NCBI GenBank assembly: GCA_965240325.2
Contig: OZ251254.1
Coordinates: forward strand, 124,001-188,000
Origin: Rebecca billardiae RCC1528
Lineage: Eukaryota; Protista; Haptophyta
DNA: 64,000 nucleotides
Reading direction: 5' to 3'
The notes under the pieces are model-generated. The model had not been told where the DNA came from. It ran no database searches and was given only the letters and a program-made list of their open reading frames with translations. Positions 1-12,435 of the stretch are shown in pieces. The stretch's first letter is position 1. Each line of letters begins with the position of its first letter. Both the position numbers and the translations under genes were made by a program.

Positions 1-1860
1 GCCCGCCGCCACCGCCGCCGCCAGCCCCGCCGCCGAGCCCTCCGCCGCCGCCTCCGTCGCCGCTGTCGGGCCAGCAGCCGCAGCCTCCGCCGAGTCCGCC
101 ACCACCCAACCCGCCCCCGCCTCCGCCGCCGTCGCCGCCACCGAGCCCGCCGCCATCGCCACCGCCACCGAGCCCGCCGCCACCGCCGCCGCCAGCCCCG
201 CCGCCGAGCCCTCCGCCACCGCCTCCGTCGCCGCTGTCGGGCCAGCAGCCGCAGCCTCCGCCGAGTCCGCCGCCACCCAACCCGCCCCCGCCTCCGCCGC
301 CGTCGCCGCCACCGAGCCCGCCGCCATCGCCACCGCCACCGAGCCCGCCGCCGAGCTCGCCGCCACCGCCACCACCATCCCCGCCGCCAAGCTCGCCACC
401 GCCACCGCCACCGAGCCCGCCACCCAGCTCGCCGCCACCGCCGCCGCCATCACCGCCGCCAAGCTCACCACCGCCGCCGCCGCCGAGCCCGCCGCCTAGC
501 TCGCCGCCGCCGCCGCCGCCGAGCCCGCCGCCGAGTTCGCCGCCGCCGCCGCCACCGAGCCCGCCACCAAGCTCGCCACCACCGCCGCCGCCAAGCCCGC
601 CACCCAGCTCGCCACCGCCACCACCGCCGAGCCCGCCACCCAGCTCGCCGCCGCCGCCACCGCCGAGCCCGCCGCCGAGCTCGCCACCACCGCCGCCGCC
701 GAGCCCGCCGCCGAGCTCGCCGCCGCCGCCACCGCCGAGCCCGCCACCCAGCTCGCCACCGCCGCCACCACCGAGCCCGCCACCGAGCTCGCCGCCGCCG
801 CCGCCGCCGAGCCCGCCACCCAGCTCGCCACCGCCACCACCGCCGAGCCCGCCACCCAGCTCGCCGCCGCCGCCGCCGCCGAGCCCTCCTCCAAGCTCGC
901 CACCACCGCCGCCGCCGAGCCCGCCACCCAGCTCGCCACCACCGCCGCCGCCAAGTCCACCGCCGAGCTCGCCACCGCCGCCGCCGCCAAGTCCACCGCC
1001 GAGCTCGCCACCGCCGCCGCCGCCAAGCCCGCCACCCAGCTTGCCACCGCCGCCGCCACCGAGCCCGCCGCCGAGCTCGCCACCGCCGCCGCCGCCGAGC
1101 CCGCCGCCGAGCTCGCCGCCGCCGCCACCGCCGAGCCCGCCACCCAGCTCGCCGCCGCCGCCACCACCGAGCCCGCCACCGAGCTCGCCGCCGCCGCCGC
1201 CGCCGAGCCCGCCACCCAGCTCGCCACCGCCACCACCGCCGAGCCCGCCACCCAGCTCGCCACCGCCGCCGCCACCGAGCCCACCGCCCAGCTCGCCACC
1301 GCCGCCGCCGCCGAGCCCGCCGCCGAGCTCGCCGCCGCCGCCGCCGCCGAGCCCGCCACCCAGCTCGCCGCCGCCGCCGCCACCGAGCCCGCCGCCCAGC
1401 TCGCCACCGCCGCCGCCGCCGAGCCCGCCGCCGAGCTCGCCGCCGCCGCCACCGCCGAGCCCGCCGCCCAGCTCGCCACCGCCGCCGCCGCCGAGCCCGC
1501 CGCCGAGCTCGCCGCCGCCGCCACCGCCGAGCCCGCCACCCAGCTCGCCGCCGCCGCCACCACCGAGCCCGCCGCCGCCGCCGAGCCCACCACCAGCCTT
1601 GCCGCCTCCGCCGCGAGTCGATCCGCTCCCGCCACCCTCGCCGCCTTCGCCACCTCCGAGCCCGCCGCCCCCGAGCTCGCCGCCGCCGCCGCCACCACCG
1701 AGCCCGCCGCCATCACTGCCACCGAGCTCGCCGCCGCCGCCGCCACCGAGCCCACCGCCCTCACCGCCGCCGAGCTCGCCGCCGCCACCGCCGCCAAGCC
1801 CATCTCCAAGCTCGCCACCACCGCCTCCGCCGAGCCCGCCGCCGAGCCCGCCACCCCCGC
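1..1860 (+). repeat. Coding tandem repeat encoding (SPPPSSPPPPPP)n; second Pro-rich block at 4515-5045
   Basis: Degenerate ~36-bp units of the type gagcccgccgccgagctcgccgccgccgccgccgcc. Confidence 0.9.
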
Positions 1861-4800
1861 GCATGGGCTGCACCGACCCGTCCGCCGACAACTACGACTC
1901 GCTTGCCGTCGTGCTCGCGCCGGGCGAGTGCTTCTACGCCGTCCTGGGCTGCACCGACTCGACCGCCAAGAACTACCGCGCGGCCGCCAACACGGACGAC
2001 GGCTCGTGCGTGTCCTTCGTCCGCGGCTGCACGGCGAGCCGCGCGACCAACTACGACGTGTCTGCGAACACGGACGACGGCAGCTGCACGTACGCCATCC
2101 TCGGCTGCACCGACTCGACCGCGCTCAACTTCAACTCGGTCGCCAACACGGACGACGGCAGCTGCGTCCAGCCCGTCCCGGGCTGCACCGCCGCGGTCGC
2201 GCTCAACTTCCTCTCCACGGCCAACGTGGAGGACGGCAGCTGCGTGTACCCGGTGCTCGGCTGCACCGACTCGAGCGCGATCAACTACAACGCGGCGGCG
2301 AACTCGGATGACGGCGGCTGCATCCCCACCGTGCCCGGCTGCACGGCCGTGAGCGCGCTCAACTACAACTCGGCCGCGACGCTCGACGACGGCGGCTGCG
2401 TCTTCGCGGTGCTCGGCTGCACCGACCCGCTCAGCCCGAGCTACTCGCCCTCGGCGAACACGGACGACGGCAGCTGCGAGTACCCCGGCTGCACCAACTC
2501 CGAGGCCGTCAACTTCGACCCGACCGCCACGCGCACCGACTTCTCGTGCGTCGCGCACGTCGACGGCTGCGTCGACTCGACCGCCGTCAACTACATCGCC
2601 CCGGCCACGCGCCAGCCGGCCACTGTCAGCTGCCAGTACGCGGGCTGCACCAACAGCCTCGCCGTGAACTACGACCCGAGCGCGACGCTGCTCGACTCGA
2701 GCTGCACGTTCACGCGCGCCTCGGGCCGCGCGTTCGTGCTCGGCTACCTCGGCGGCTGCGACGCGCTCGCCGACGCCGAGGTGCGCGACACGACGAGCGA
2801 CAACGGCGCGTACTCGCTCACGTACACGACCACCGCCTCCTTCGAGCTGCGCGCGGGCGCGGGCTGCACGGACCGGTACACGGACGAGGCGCTCGCGTTC
2901 GAGTTGAGCGCGCCCGCTGGCTCGACCGTGATCACGCCGCTCACCACCGTGCTCACGGCCATGGTCGAGGTGCACGGCCTCGGCACCGCCGCGGGCGCGA
3001 GCGGCGCGCGAGCGCGGCGCGCGAGCGAGCTCGAGAGTGCTGACCTCAGCGCTGCGAGCGAGCGCGCGCGCCGCGTGTTCCTCAACGGCGTCGACCCGGC
3101 GGTCGAGGTGGACGTGACCACGTACAACGCGATGGCCGGGCTGATCGCCGGCGAGGAGCTCGCCGCGCACGTGCTCGCCGCGCACAACGCCATCGGCAAC
3201 GCCGTCGCTGCTGTCACCTCCACGCTCGGCGGCGCGACGGCAGAGTCGACGATCGTCGCGCTCGGCGCGCTCACCGCCGCGGATGCAGTGTACGACGCGT
3301 CGCAGCTCGAGGCGCTGATGGCGGGCATGCTCACGGCGGATCCGGGGCTGGCTGACCCCGGGGCCGCCGCGCGAGCGAGCGCCGCGAGCGACGCCGTCGC
3401 CACGAGCGCAGTCTTCCGCACCGCGGTGGTGGACGGCACGCGCGAGCCGGACACGCCGAGCCGCAGCAAAGGCGTGAGTGCCGCGCAGTCCGGCCTCGGC
3501 GCGCTCGAGGCGGCGACGGGCGTGCCCGCACCGCTCGGCTGCACGGACGCGAGCGCGAGCAACTTCGACTCGTCGGCGGTGGTGGACGACGGCACGTGCG
3601 CCGTCGAGGGGTGCACCGCCTCGAGCGCCACGAACTACAACGTCAAGGCCACCGTCGACGACGGCTCGTGCGTCTTCCCCGTCCCCGGCTGCACCGTCTC
3701 GGCCGCGGCCAACTACGACTCGGGCGCCGAGCTGGACGACGGCAGCTGCACGTTCGACGTGGTCGGCTGCACGAGCAGCACGGCGATCAACTACCTCTCG
3801 GCGGCGAACGTGGACAGCGGCGAATGCATCGAGCCCGTGGCCGGCTGCACCTCGCCCAGCGCGAACAACTTCGACTCGGGCGCCACCGTTGACGACAGCA
3901 GCTGCGCGTTCGACGTCTCGGGCTGCACCGACACGGCGGCGGAGAACTTCAACGCCGCCGCGACGCTCGACGACGGCTCGTGCGTGTACGCGGGCTGCAC
4001 CAAGACGGCCGCGGAGAACTACGACTCGACGGCGGGGCTGAACAAGCCGGGCAGCTGCGTCTTCGCCGTGCGCGGCTGCATGAGCTCGGCCGCGGCCAAC
4101 TACCTCTCCGCCGCGACCGTGGACGACGGCACCTGCGTGTACCAGGGCTGCACGGACACGGCCGCGACCAACTTCAACCCGACGGCCACCTCGAACGACG
4201 GCACGTGCACCTACCCGCGCCCCGGCTGCACCAGCTCGTACGCGACCAACTTCGTGCCCAACGCGGACACGGACGACGGCACGTGCGTCTTCCCCGGCTG
4301 CACGGACACGGCCGCGACCAACTACGACTCGAGCGCCAACACGGACGACTTCAGCTGCGTGCTCCCCATCGTCGGCTGCACGGCGACGGACGCGCTCAAC
4401 TACGACTCGGAGGCGGACGTGGACAGCGGCACGTGCGTGGTCCCCGGCTGCACGGACAGCATCGCGACCAACTACAACTCGCGCGCCACGCTGGACAGCT
4501 CGGACTGCACCTACCCGCCGCCGCCCAGCCCGCCGCCCCTTCCGCCACCGAGCCCGCCGCCGCCGAGTCCGCCGCCGCCCAGCCCGCCGTCACCGCCGCC
4601 GCCCTCGTCGCCACCTTCGAGCCCGCCGCCGCCGCCACCGCCCTCGCCGCCGCCACCGCCGCTGCCACCGCCGCCCTCGCCGCCGCCAAGCCCGCCGCCG
4701 CCAAGCCCGCCGCCGCCCAGCCCGCCGCCCAGCCCGCCGCCCAGCCCGCTGCCGCCGAGCCCGCCGCCGAGCGGGCCACCCAGCCCGCCACCCAGCCCGC

Positions 4801-5821
4801 CACCGCCACCCTCGCCGCCGCCACCACCACCGCCCTCGCCGCCGCCGCCGCCGCCGCCATCGCCGCCGCCGCCGCCGCCCAGCCCGCCGCCCCCGCCGCC
4901 GCCTTCACCGCCGCCGCCGCCGCCCTCGCCGCCGCCGCCGCCCTCGCCACCACCGCCCTCCTTGCCTCCGCCTCCGAGCCCGCCTCCGCCGCCCTCGCCG
5001 CCGCCCTCGCCACCCTCGCCGCCGCCACCCTCGCCCTCGCCACCACTCGACGCCGCTACCGCGAGCACGAGCAGCACCGGTGGCTCGGGCACGTCCGACG
5101 GCGACGACGACAACAGCGGCAGTGGCGACAGTGGCAGAGGTGAAGCCTCGCCGACGGCCGACGGCTCGGCGGTTGGGGTAGTCGGCCGCTCGCTTGTCAT
5201 CGGCATCGGCGTGGCGGCGGGCACTGCGGTGCTCATGCTGTTCTGCGTCGGCATGTGCGTCTTTGTCCGGTCGATGTACTGGGTGCGTCGTGCGTGCCCA
5301 CTCCGCGCGAATGCCTGCGCGCGCGGGCTCGAGCTCGCACTCACCTGATCCCCGCGCCCGCCCCCGCGCGCGCCGTGCATCCGCAGGCGGACAAGCGGAA
5401 AGAAGAGCTCGCGGCTGCGCGGATCCAGGCCGCCCTACGTGGCCACATGGTGCGCCAGAACTCGCGCCGCACGGACACCAGCGCGTCGCTGTACGCCCAG
5501 AACTCGATCTTAGGGGCCATGGCGAGCTCGCTGCTCGGAAACGGCGGTGCGCCGCCGCAGGAGCGGCTGCGGCCACCATCGTCGCCCGAGGCGACGTCGA
5601 GCAGGCGCGAGACGCCGCCGCAGCCGTCAGTCTTTGATAGCGTGGCCGACGCCTTCGCCACGCCCTTCCGCCTCTTCTCCGGCGCCGGAGGCTCGAGCGC
5701 CCCGAGCAGAGGCGCCGCGCGCCCTTACGCGTCGCCGTACGGCGGCGCCGGCGACATGAACACGATCATGCCGTCGCGCGCAGGCGCCCGCCTGCCGAGC
5801 GGCGCTGGCGCTGCCGTGTAG
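1..5821 (+). CDS. 3' part of a giant type-I membrane surface protein: extensin-like Ser-Pro repeats, ~30 GCTDxxAxNYxxxAxxDDGSC repeats, TM helix, cytoplasmic IQ motif; 5' end lies outside the window
   Basis: The frame of ORF 1041..5348 appears open from position 3. TM segment LVIGIGVAAGTAVLMLFCVGMCVFV. A GT-AG intron at 5283-5386 joins YW to ADKRKEELAAARIQAALRGHMVRQ (IQ motif). Stop at 5821. Confidence 0.8.
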
Positions 5822-5945
5822 CTAGTCGTAGTCGTGACGACACGCTGCTGCTGCGTTGACGATATGCAGCCGTGTGTGTATTGAATAATTGAATATATGT
5901 GATATACGACGTCTAATAACTGCTATCGCATCTGCTGATCAGATA

Positions 5946-7811
5946 CCAGGTGGCCGCACGCCCTGCCTGAACCGGCAGCCGCGCTTTAGGGAAACACCAT
6001 CCGGGGGGCCGCCTTTCACTTAAGGACACGCGGGTGGGTGATTACTCGGAACACGTGAACCATGTCCTTTTCGGACATACGCACACGCAAGATCTTGGGT
6101 ACGCAGTCATACTATCTGAATCCTGAGCGCCCACGAGCCCTCTTGGGTCCATGATAATCTGCCTCGTCAGCGAGCGTCCAAAAGCGAATCCGCCGAAAGT
6201 TTTTGATTGAAAGCGAGCGCTTTCTCCAGACGAGACGGATTCCATTCTGGTCCGCTCGTTCCGAACCAAAAGGTCATGGATGCCGTTCCACGGCGCGCGC
6301 GCGGTTGGGGCGGGCGGCGAAGCGGTTTTGTCGGTGGGGTACGGTACAGTCTGTGGCGGGCCGGCGGTGGGTGAGCTACCTATGCAGTTTAGTTGCGCAC
6401 GCTCGCTCGACGGCAGACCGGCCATAATCATGCAAGTAGCAATAGCATCAAGCTGTATGGGTCCGCCACTCCGCCAAGTCAAGAAGTGCTAGTCCCTACT
6501 TAGTTACGCCGGCGGCCGGCGGGCACATATCATTCACTAGAGACGGCACCCTCGACGCCACTATTGGCCTTCCGTACCCCGCCCGCCGCAAGCCCGCCGC
6601 ACATCCGTGTATGATCGTGAGCGTTTCAGACGACAAGTGGACTAGGGCAGCAGCTGGCAAAACGCAGCGTCGATGGCTCACACGATCGCGTACCCGGTGG
6701 TGGTCGGAGTGCCGGTTGGGTTCACCATGCCCAACGGTCTCCCTTCGGGCCAGTCGGCCCGCACGAATGCGCCGCGACCAGCGCCATTCGCCTCGCAACC
6801 ATCGGCAGCATCGTTGCGCAACCGGGGCGGTCGCATTTGCCGGCGCAACATCTACCTGACCATCTCTGCAGTGCCCAACAACCATCCTCTCCTTTCCAAC
6901 CTTCCTGCAGTGGCGACACACTTGCTGGCGCCATTGAGGGGCAAACAGAAGGAGTTCGTCGTCTGCAAGGAGCCGCACGAGCACCCCAACGACCCTAGCC
7001 GCGCTTGGCACTTCCACGCCGTCATCGGATCGGAGATGAAGACGGACTGCCTGGTCACAGCCTTTGACCTCCCCCTCCAGGGCTGGGGCACGCTGCGAGC
7101 GTACCACGAGCCGATGGGCCCGACGAAGCGTGACCTGGCGAAGTGCATCCACTACTGCCAGAAGGAGGGGCCGTCCAACTTCATCATCAGCGCCAACTGG
7201 GCAACCATCCCAGAGCCGCTCGACGTGTGCGGCGTCGACTGGGCGCGCGCGCTGCACGCAGCACAGTCTGCAGACGAGGCAGCGGACATCTTGCAGTGCG
7301 AGCACCCGTCGATCTACTACCGCTACGGCCATGCCGTGCTCGCCATGATCCGCCACCGACACGGCAGCGGCGTCACGCCGCGCTTCGCCATGAGCTCGTT
7401 TGCGCGACTGCCGCTCGACCTCTCTGATGGGATGGCTGTCGTGCTCGCAGGTGGATCCGGCCACGGCAAGACGGAGTTCGGGCTGTCGCACTTCGAGAAC
7501 CCTCTTCTCGTGTCCGAGATGGACGACCTGAAGGATTTGACGGCTCGCAACGACGGTATCGTCTTCGACGACATGGATTTCACGCACATGACGGCCAAGG
7601 CAGTGATCAAGATGCTCGACCCCAACTACGAGCGATCGGTGCACACGCGCTACACGAATGCCAAGATCCCCGCAGACATGCCACGCGTGTTCACGACAAA
7701 TCTGGCCATGCAGTACCCCTACGAGCACATCTTCCCGCCCGGTCGCAACCTCGAGCAGCAGCGTGCGCTCAACCGCCGCTTCAAAGTCGTGACGGTCGAT
7801 GCCGACCTCTT
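5946..7811 (+). mobile_element. Rep-encoding element, copy 1 (right end missing)
   Basis: Starts TA|CCAGGTGG; matches copy 3 up to gccgacctctt, then jumps to host sequence. Confidence 0.7.
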
Positions 7812-7842
7812 ACAGCGGCAGTGGCGACAGTGGCAGAGGTGA
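6673..7842 (+). CDS. rep: CRESS-DNA-virus-type Rep (HUH endonuclease + SF3 helicase), copy 1; C-terminal tail replaced by host-derived sequence
   Basis: Motif I IYLTIS, motif II WHFHAVI, motif III HYCQKEG, Walker A GGSGHGKT, Walker B IVFDDM, motif C FTTN, Arg finger ALNRRF. Confidence 0.93.
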   Translation: MAHTIAYPVVVGVPVGFTMPNGLPSGQSARTNAPRPAPFASQPSAASLRNRGGRICRRNIYLTISAVPNNHPLLSNLPAVATHLLAPLRGKQKEFVVCKEPHEHPNDPSRAWHFHAVIGSEMKTDCLVTAFDLPLQGWGTLRAYHEPMGPTKRDLAKCIHYCQKEGPSNFIISANWATIPEPLDVCGVDWARALHAAQSADEAADILQCEHPSIYYRYGHAVLAMIRHRHGSGVTPRFAMSSFARLPLDLSDGMAVVLAGGSGHGKTEFGLSHFENPLLVSEMDDLKDLTARNDGIVFDDMDFTHMTAKAVIKMLDPNYERSVHTRYTNAKIPADMPRVFTTNLAMQYPYEHIFPPGRNLEQQRALNRRFKVVTVDADLLQRQWRQWQR

Positions 7843-8134
7843 AGCCTCGCCGACGGCCGACGGCTCGGCGGTTGGGGTAGTCGGCCGCTCGCTTGTCATC
7901 GGCATCGGCGTGGCGGCGGGCACTGCGGTGCTCATGCTGTTCTGCGTCGGCATGTGCGTCTTTGTCCGGTCGATGTACTGGGTGCGTCGTGCGTGCCCAC
8001 TCCGCGCGAATGCCTGCGCGCGCGGGCTCGAGCTCGCACTCACCTGATCCCCGCGCCCGCCCCCGCGCGCGCCGTGCATCCGCAGGCGGACAAGCGGAAA
8101 GAAGAGCTCGCGGCTGCGCGGATCCAGGCCGCCC

Positions 8135-8283
<149 letters not shown>

Positions 8284-9157
8284 CAGCACCGGTGGCTCGG
8301 GCACGTCCGACGGCGACGACGACAACAGCGGCAGTGGCGACAGTGGCAGAGGTGAAGCCTCGCCGACGGCCGACGGCTCGGCGGTTGGGGTAGTCGGCCG
8401 CTCGCTTGTCATCGGCATCGGCGTGGCGGCGGGCACTGCGGTGCTCATGCTGTTCTGCGTCGGCATGTGCGTCTTTGTCCGGTCGATGTACTGGGTGCGT
8501 CGTGCGTGCCCACTCCGCGCGAATGCCTGCGCGCGCGGGCTCGAGCTCGCACTCACCTGATCCCCGCGCCCGCCCCCGCGCGCGCCGTGCATCCGCAGGC
8601 GGACAAGCGGAAAGAAGAGCTCGCGGCTGCGCGGATCCAGGCCGCCCTACGTGGCCACATGGTGCGCCAGAACTCGCGCCGCACGGACACCAGCGCGTCG
8701 CTGTACGCCCAGAACTCGATCTTAGGGGCCATGGCGAGCTCGCTGCTCGGAAACGGCGGTGCGCCGCCGCAGGAGCGGCTGCGGCCACCATCGTCGCCCG
8801 AGGCGACGTCGAGCAGGCGCGAGACGCCGCCGCAGCCGTCAGTCTTTGATAGCGTGGCCGACGCCTTCGCCACGCCCTTCCGCCTCTTCTCCGGCGCCGG
8901 AGGCTCGAGCGCCCCGAGCAGAGGCGCCGCGCGCCCTTACGCGTCGCCGTACGGCGGCGCCGGCGACATGAACACGATCATGCCGTCGCGCGCAGGCGCC
9001 CGCCTGCCGAGCGGCGCTGGCGCTGCCGTGTAGCTAGTCGTAGTCGTGACGACACGCTGCTGCTGCGTTGACGATATGCAGCCGTGTGTGTATTGAATAA
9101 TTGAATATATGTGATATACGACGTCTAATAACTGCTATCGCATCTGCTGATCAGATA

Positions 9158-11023
9158 CCAGGTGGCCGCACGCCCTGCCTGAACCGGCAGCCGCGCTTTA
9201 GGGAAACACCATCCGGGGGGCCGCCTTTCACTTAAGGACACGCGGGTGGGTGATTACTCGGAACACGTGAACCATGTCCTTTTCGGACATACGCACACGC
9301 AAGATCTTGGGTACGCAGTCATACTATCTGAATCCTGAGCGCCCACGAGCCCTCTTGGGTCCATGATAATCTGCCTCGTCAGCGAGCGTCCAAAAGCGAA
9401 TCCGCCGAAAGTTTTTGATTGAAAGCGAGCGCTTTCTCCAGACGAGACGGATTCCATTCTGGTCCGCTCGTTCCGAACCAAAAGGTCATGGATGCCGTTC
9501 CACGGCGCGCGCGCGGTTGGGGCGGGCGGCGAAGCGGTTTTGTCGGTGGGGTACGGTACAGTCTGTGGCGGGCCGGCGGTGGGTGAGCTACCTATGCAGT
9601 TTAGTTGCGCACGCTCGCTCGACGGCAGACCGGCCATAATCATGCAAGTAGCAATAGCATCAAGCTGTATGGGTCCGCCACTCCGCCAAGTCAAGAAGTG
9701 CTAGTCCCTACTTAGTTACGCCGGCGGCCGGCGGGCACATATCATTCACTAGAGACGGCACCCTCGACGCCACTATTGGCCTTCCGTACCCCGCCCGCCG
9801 CAAGCCCGCCGCACATCCGTGTATGATCGTGAGCGTTTCAGACGACAAGTGGACTAGGGCAGCAGCTGGCAAAACGCAGCGTCGATGGCTCACACGATCG
9901 CGTACCCGGTGGTGGTCGGAGTGCCGGTTGGGTTCACCATGCCCAACGGTCTCCCTTCGGGCCAGTCGGCCCGCACGAATGCGCCGCGACCAGCGCCATT
10001 CGCCTCGCAACCATCGGCAGCATCGTTGCGCAACCGGGGCGGTCGCATTTGCCGGCGCAACATCTACCTGACCATCTCTGCAGTGCCCAACAACCATCCT
10101 CTCCTTTCCAACCTTCCTGCAGTGGCGACACACTTGCTGGCGCCATTGAGGGGCAAACAGAAGGAGTTCGTCGTCTGCAAGGAGCCGCACGAGCACCCCA
10201 ACGACCCTAGCCGCGCTTGGCACTTCCACGCCGTCATCGGATCGGAGATGAAGACGGACTGCCTGGTCACAGCCTTTGACCTCCCCCTCCAGGGCTGGGG
10301 CACGCTGCGAGCGTACCACGAGCCGATGGGCCCGACGAAGCGTGACCTGGCGAAGTGCATCCACTACTGCCAGAAGGAGGGGCCGTCCAACTTCATCATC
10401 AGCGCCAACTGGGCAACCATCCCAGAGCCGCTCGACGTGTGCGGCGTCGACTGGGCGCGCGCGCTGCACGCAGCACAGTCTGCAGACGAGGCAGCGGACA
10501 TCTTGCAGTGCGAGCACCCGTCGATCTACTACCGCTACGGCCATGCCGTGCTCGCCATGATCCGCCACCGACACGGCAGCGGCGTCACGCCGCGCTTCGC
10601 CATGAGCTCGTTTGCGCGACTGCCGCTCGACCTCTCTGATGGGATGGCTGTCGTGCTCGCAGGTGGATCCGGCCACGGCAAGACGGAGTTCGGGCTGTCG
10701 CACTTCGAGAACCCTCTTCTCGTGTCCGAGATGGACGACCTGAAGGATTTGACGGCTCGCAACGACGGTATCGTCTTCGACGACATGGATTTCACGCACA
10801 TGACGGCCAAGGCAGTGATCAAGATGCTCGACCCCAACTACGAGCGATCGGTGCACACGCGCTACACGAATGCCAAGATCCCCGCAGACATGCCACGCGT
10901 GTTCACGACAAATCTGGCCATGCAGTACCCCTACGAGCACATCTTCCCGCCCGGTCGCAACCTCGAGCAGCAGCGTGCGCTCAACCGCCGCTTCAAAGTC
11001 GTGACGGTCGATGCCGACCTCTT
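9158..11023 (+). mobile_element. Rep-encoding element, copy 2 (right end missing)
   Basis: Matches copy 1 at offset 3212. Confidence 0.7.
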
Positions 11024-11054
11024 ACAGCGGCAGTGGCGACAGTGGCAGAGGTGA
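9885..11054 (+). CDS. rep: CRESS-type Rep, copy 2
   Basis: Translation identical to copy 1. Confidence 0.93.
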   Translation: MAHTIAYPVVVGVPVGFTMPNGLPSGQSARTNAPRPAPFASQPSAASLRNRGGRICRRNIYLTISAVPNNHPLLSNLPAVATHLLAPLRGKQKEFVVCKEPHEHPNDPSRAWHFHAVIGSEMKTDCLVTAFDLPLQGWGTLRAYHEPMGPTKRDLAKCIHYCQKEGPSNFIISANWATIPEPLDVCGVDWARALHAAQSADEAADILQCEHPSIYYRYGHAVLAMIRHRHGSGVTPRFAMSSFARLPLDLSDGMAVVLAGGSGHGKTEFGLSHFENPLLVSEMDDLKDLTARNDGIVFDDMDFTHMTAKAVIKMLDPNYERSVHTRYTNAKIPADMPRVFTTNLAMQYPYEHIFPPGRNLEQQRALNRRFKVVTVDADLLQRQWRQWQR

Positions 11055-11346
11055 AGCCTCGCCGACGGCCGACGGCTCGGCGGTTGGGGTAGTCGGCCGC
11101 TCGCTTGTCATCGGCATCGGCGTGGCGGCGGGCACTGCGGTGCTCATGCTGTTCTGCGTCGGCATGTGCGTCTTTGTCCGGTCGATGTACTGGGTGCGTC
11201 GTGCGTGCCCACTCCGCGCGAATGCCTGCGCGCGCGGGCTCGAGCTCGCACTCACCTGATCCCCGCGCCCGCCCCCGCGCGCGCCGTGCATCCGCAGGCG
11301 GACAAGCGGAAAGAAGAGCTCGCGGCTGCGCGGATCCAGGCCGCCC

Positions 11347-11561
<215 letters not shown>

Positions 11562-12435
11562 CAGCACCGGTGGCTCGGGCACGTCCGACGGCGACGACGA
11601 CAACAGCGGCAGTGGCGACAGTGGCAGAGGTGAAGCCTCGCCGACGGCCGACGGCTCGGCGGTTGGGGTAGTCGGCCGCTCGCTTGTCATCGGCATCGGC
11701 GTGGCGGCGGGCACTGCGGTGCTCATGCTGTTCTGCGTCGGCATGTGCGTCTTTGTCCGGTCGATGTACTGGGTGCGTCGTGCGTGCCCACTCCGCGCGA
11801 ATGCCTGCGCGCGCGGGCTCGAGCTCGCACTCACCTGATCCCCGCGCCCGCCCCCGCGCGCGCCGTGCATCCGCAGGCGGACAAGCGGAAAGAAGAGCTC
11901 GCGGCTGCGCGGATCCAGGCCGCCCTACGTGGCCACATGGTGCGCCAGAACTCGCGCCGCACGGACACCAGCGCGTCGCTGTACGCCCAGAACTCGATCT
12001 TAGGGGCCATGGCGAGCTCGCTGCTCGGAAACGGCGGTGCGCCGCCGCAGGAGCGGCTGCGGCCACCATCGTCGCCCGAGGCGACGTCGAGCAGGCGCGA
12101 GACGCCGCCGCAGCCGTCAGTCTTTGATAGCGTGGCCGACGCCTTCGCCACGCCCTTCCGCCTCTTCTCCGGCGCCGGAGGCTCGAGCGCCCCGAGCAGA
12201 GGCGCCGCGCGCCCTTACGCGTCGCCGTACGGCGGCGCCGGCGACATGAACACGATCATGCCGTCGCGCGCAGGCGCCCGCCTGCCGAGCGGCGCTGGCG
12301 CTGCCGTGTAGCTAGTCGTAGTCGTGACGACACGCTGCTGCTGCGTTGACGATATGCAGCCGTGTGTGTATTGAATAATTGAATATATGTGATATACGAC
12401 GTCTAATAACTGCTATCGCATCTGCTGATCAGATA

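Noticed and set aside
496-1854. Long Ala/Arg/Gly-rich ORFs overlapping real genes here and throughout the window
   Set aside because: Alternative-frame artefacts of very high GC content with few stop codons.
6496-7728. 410-aa antisense ORF over rep (in all four copies) as a capsid gene
   Set aside because: It fully overlaps rep on the opposite strand and has no capsid-like features; it is best explained as a codon-bias shadow.
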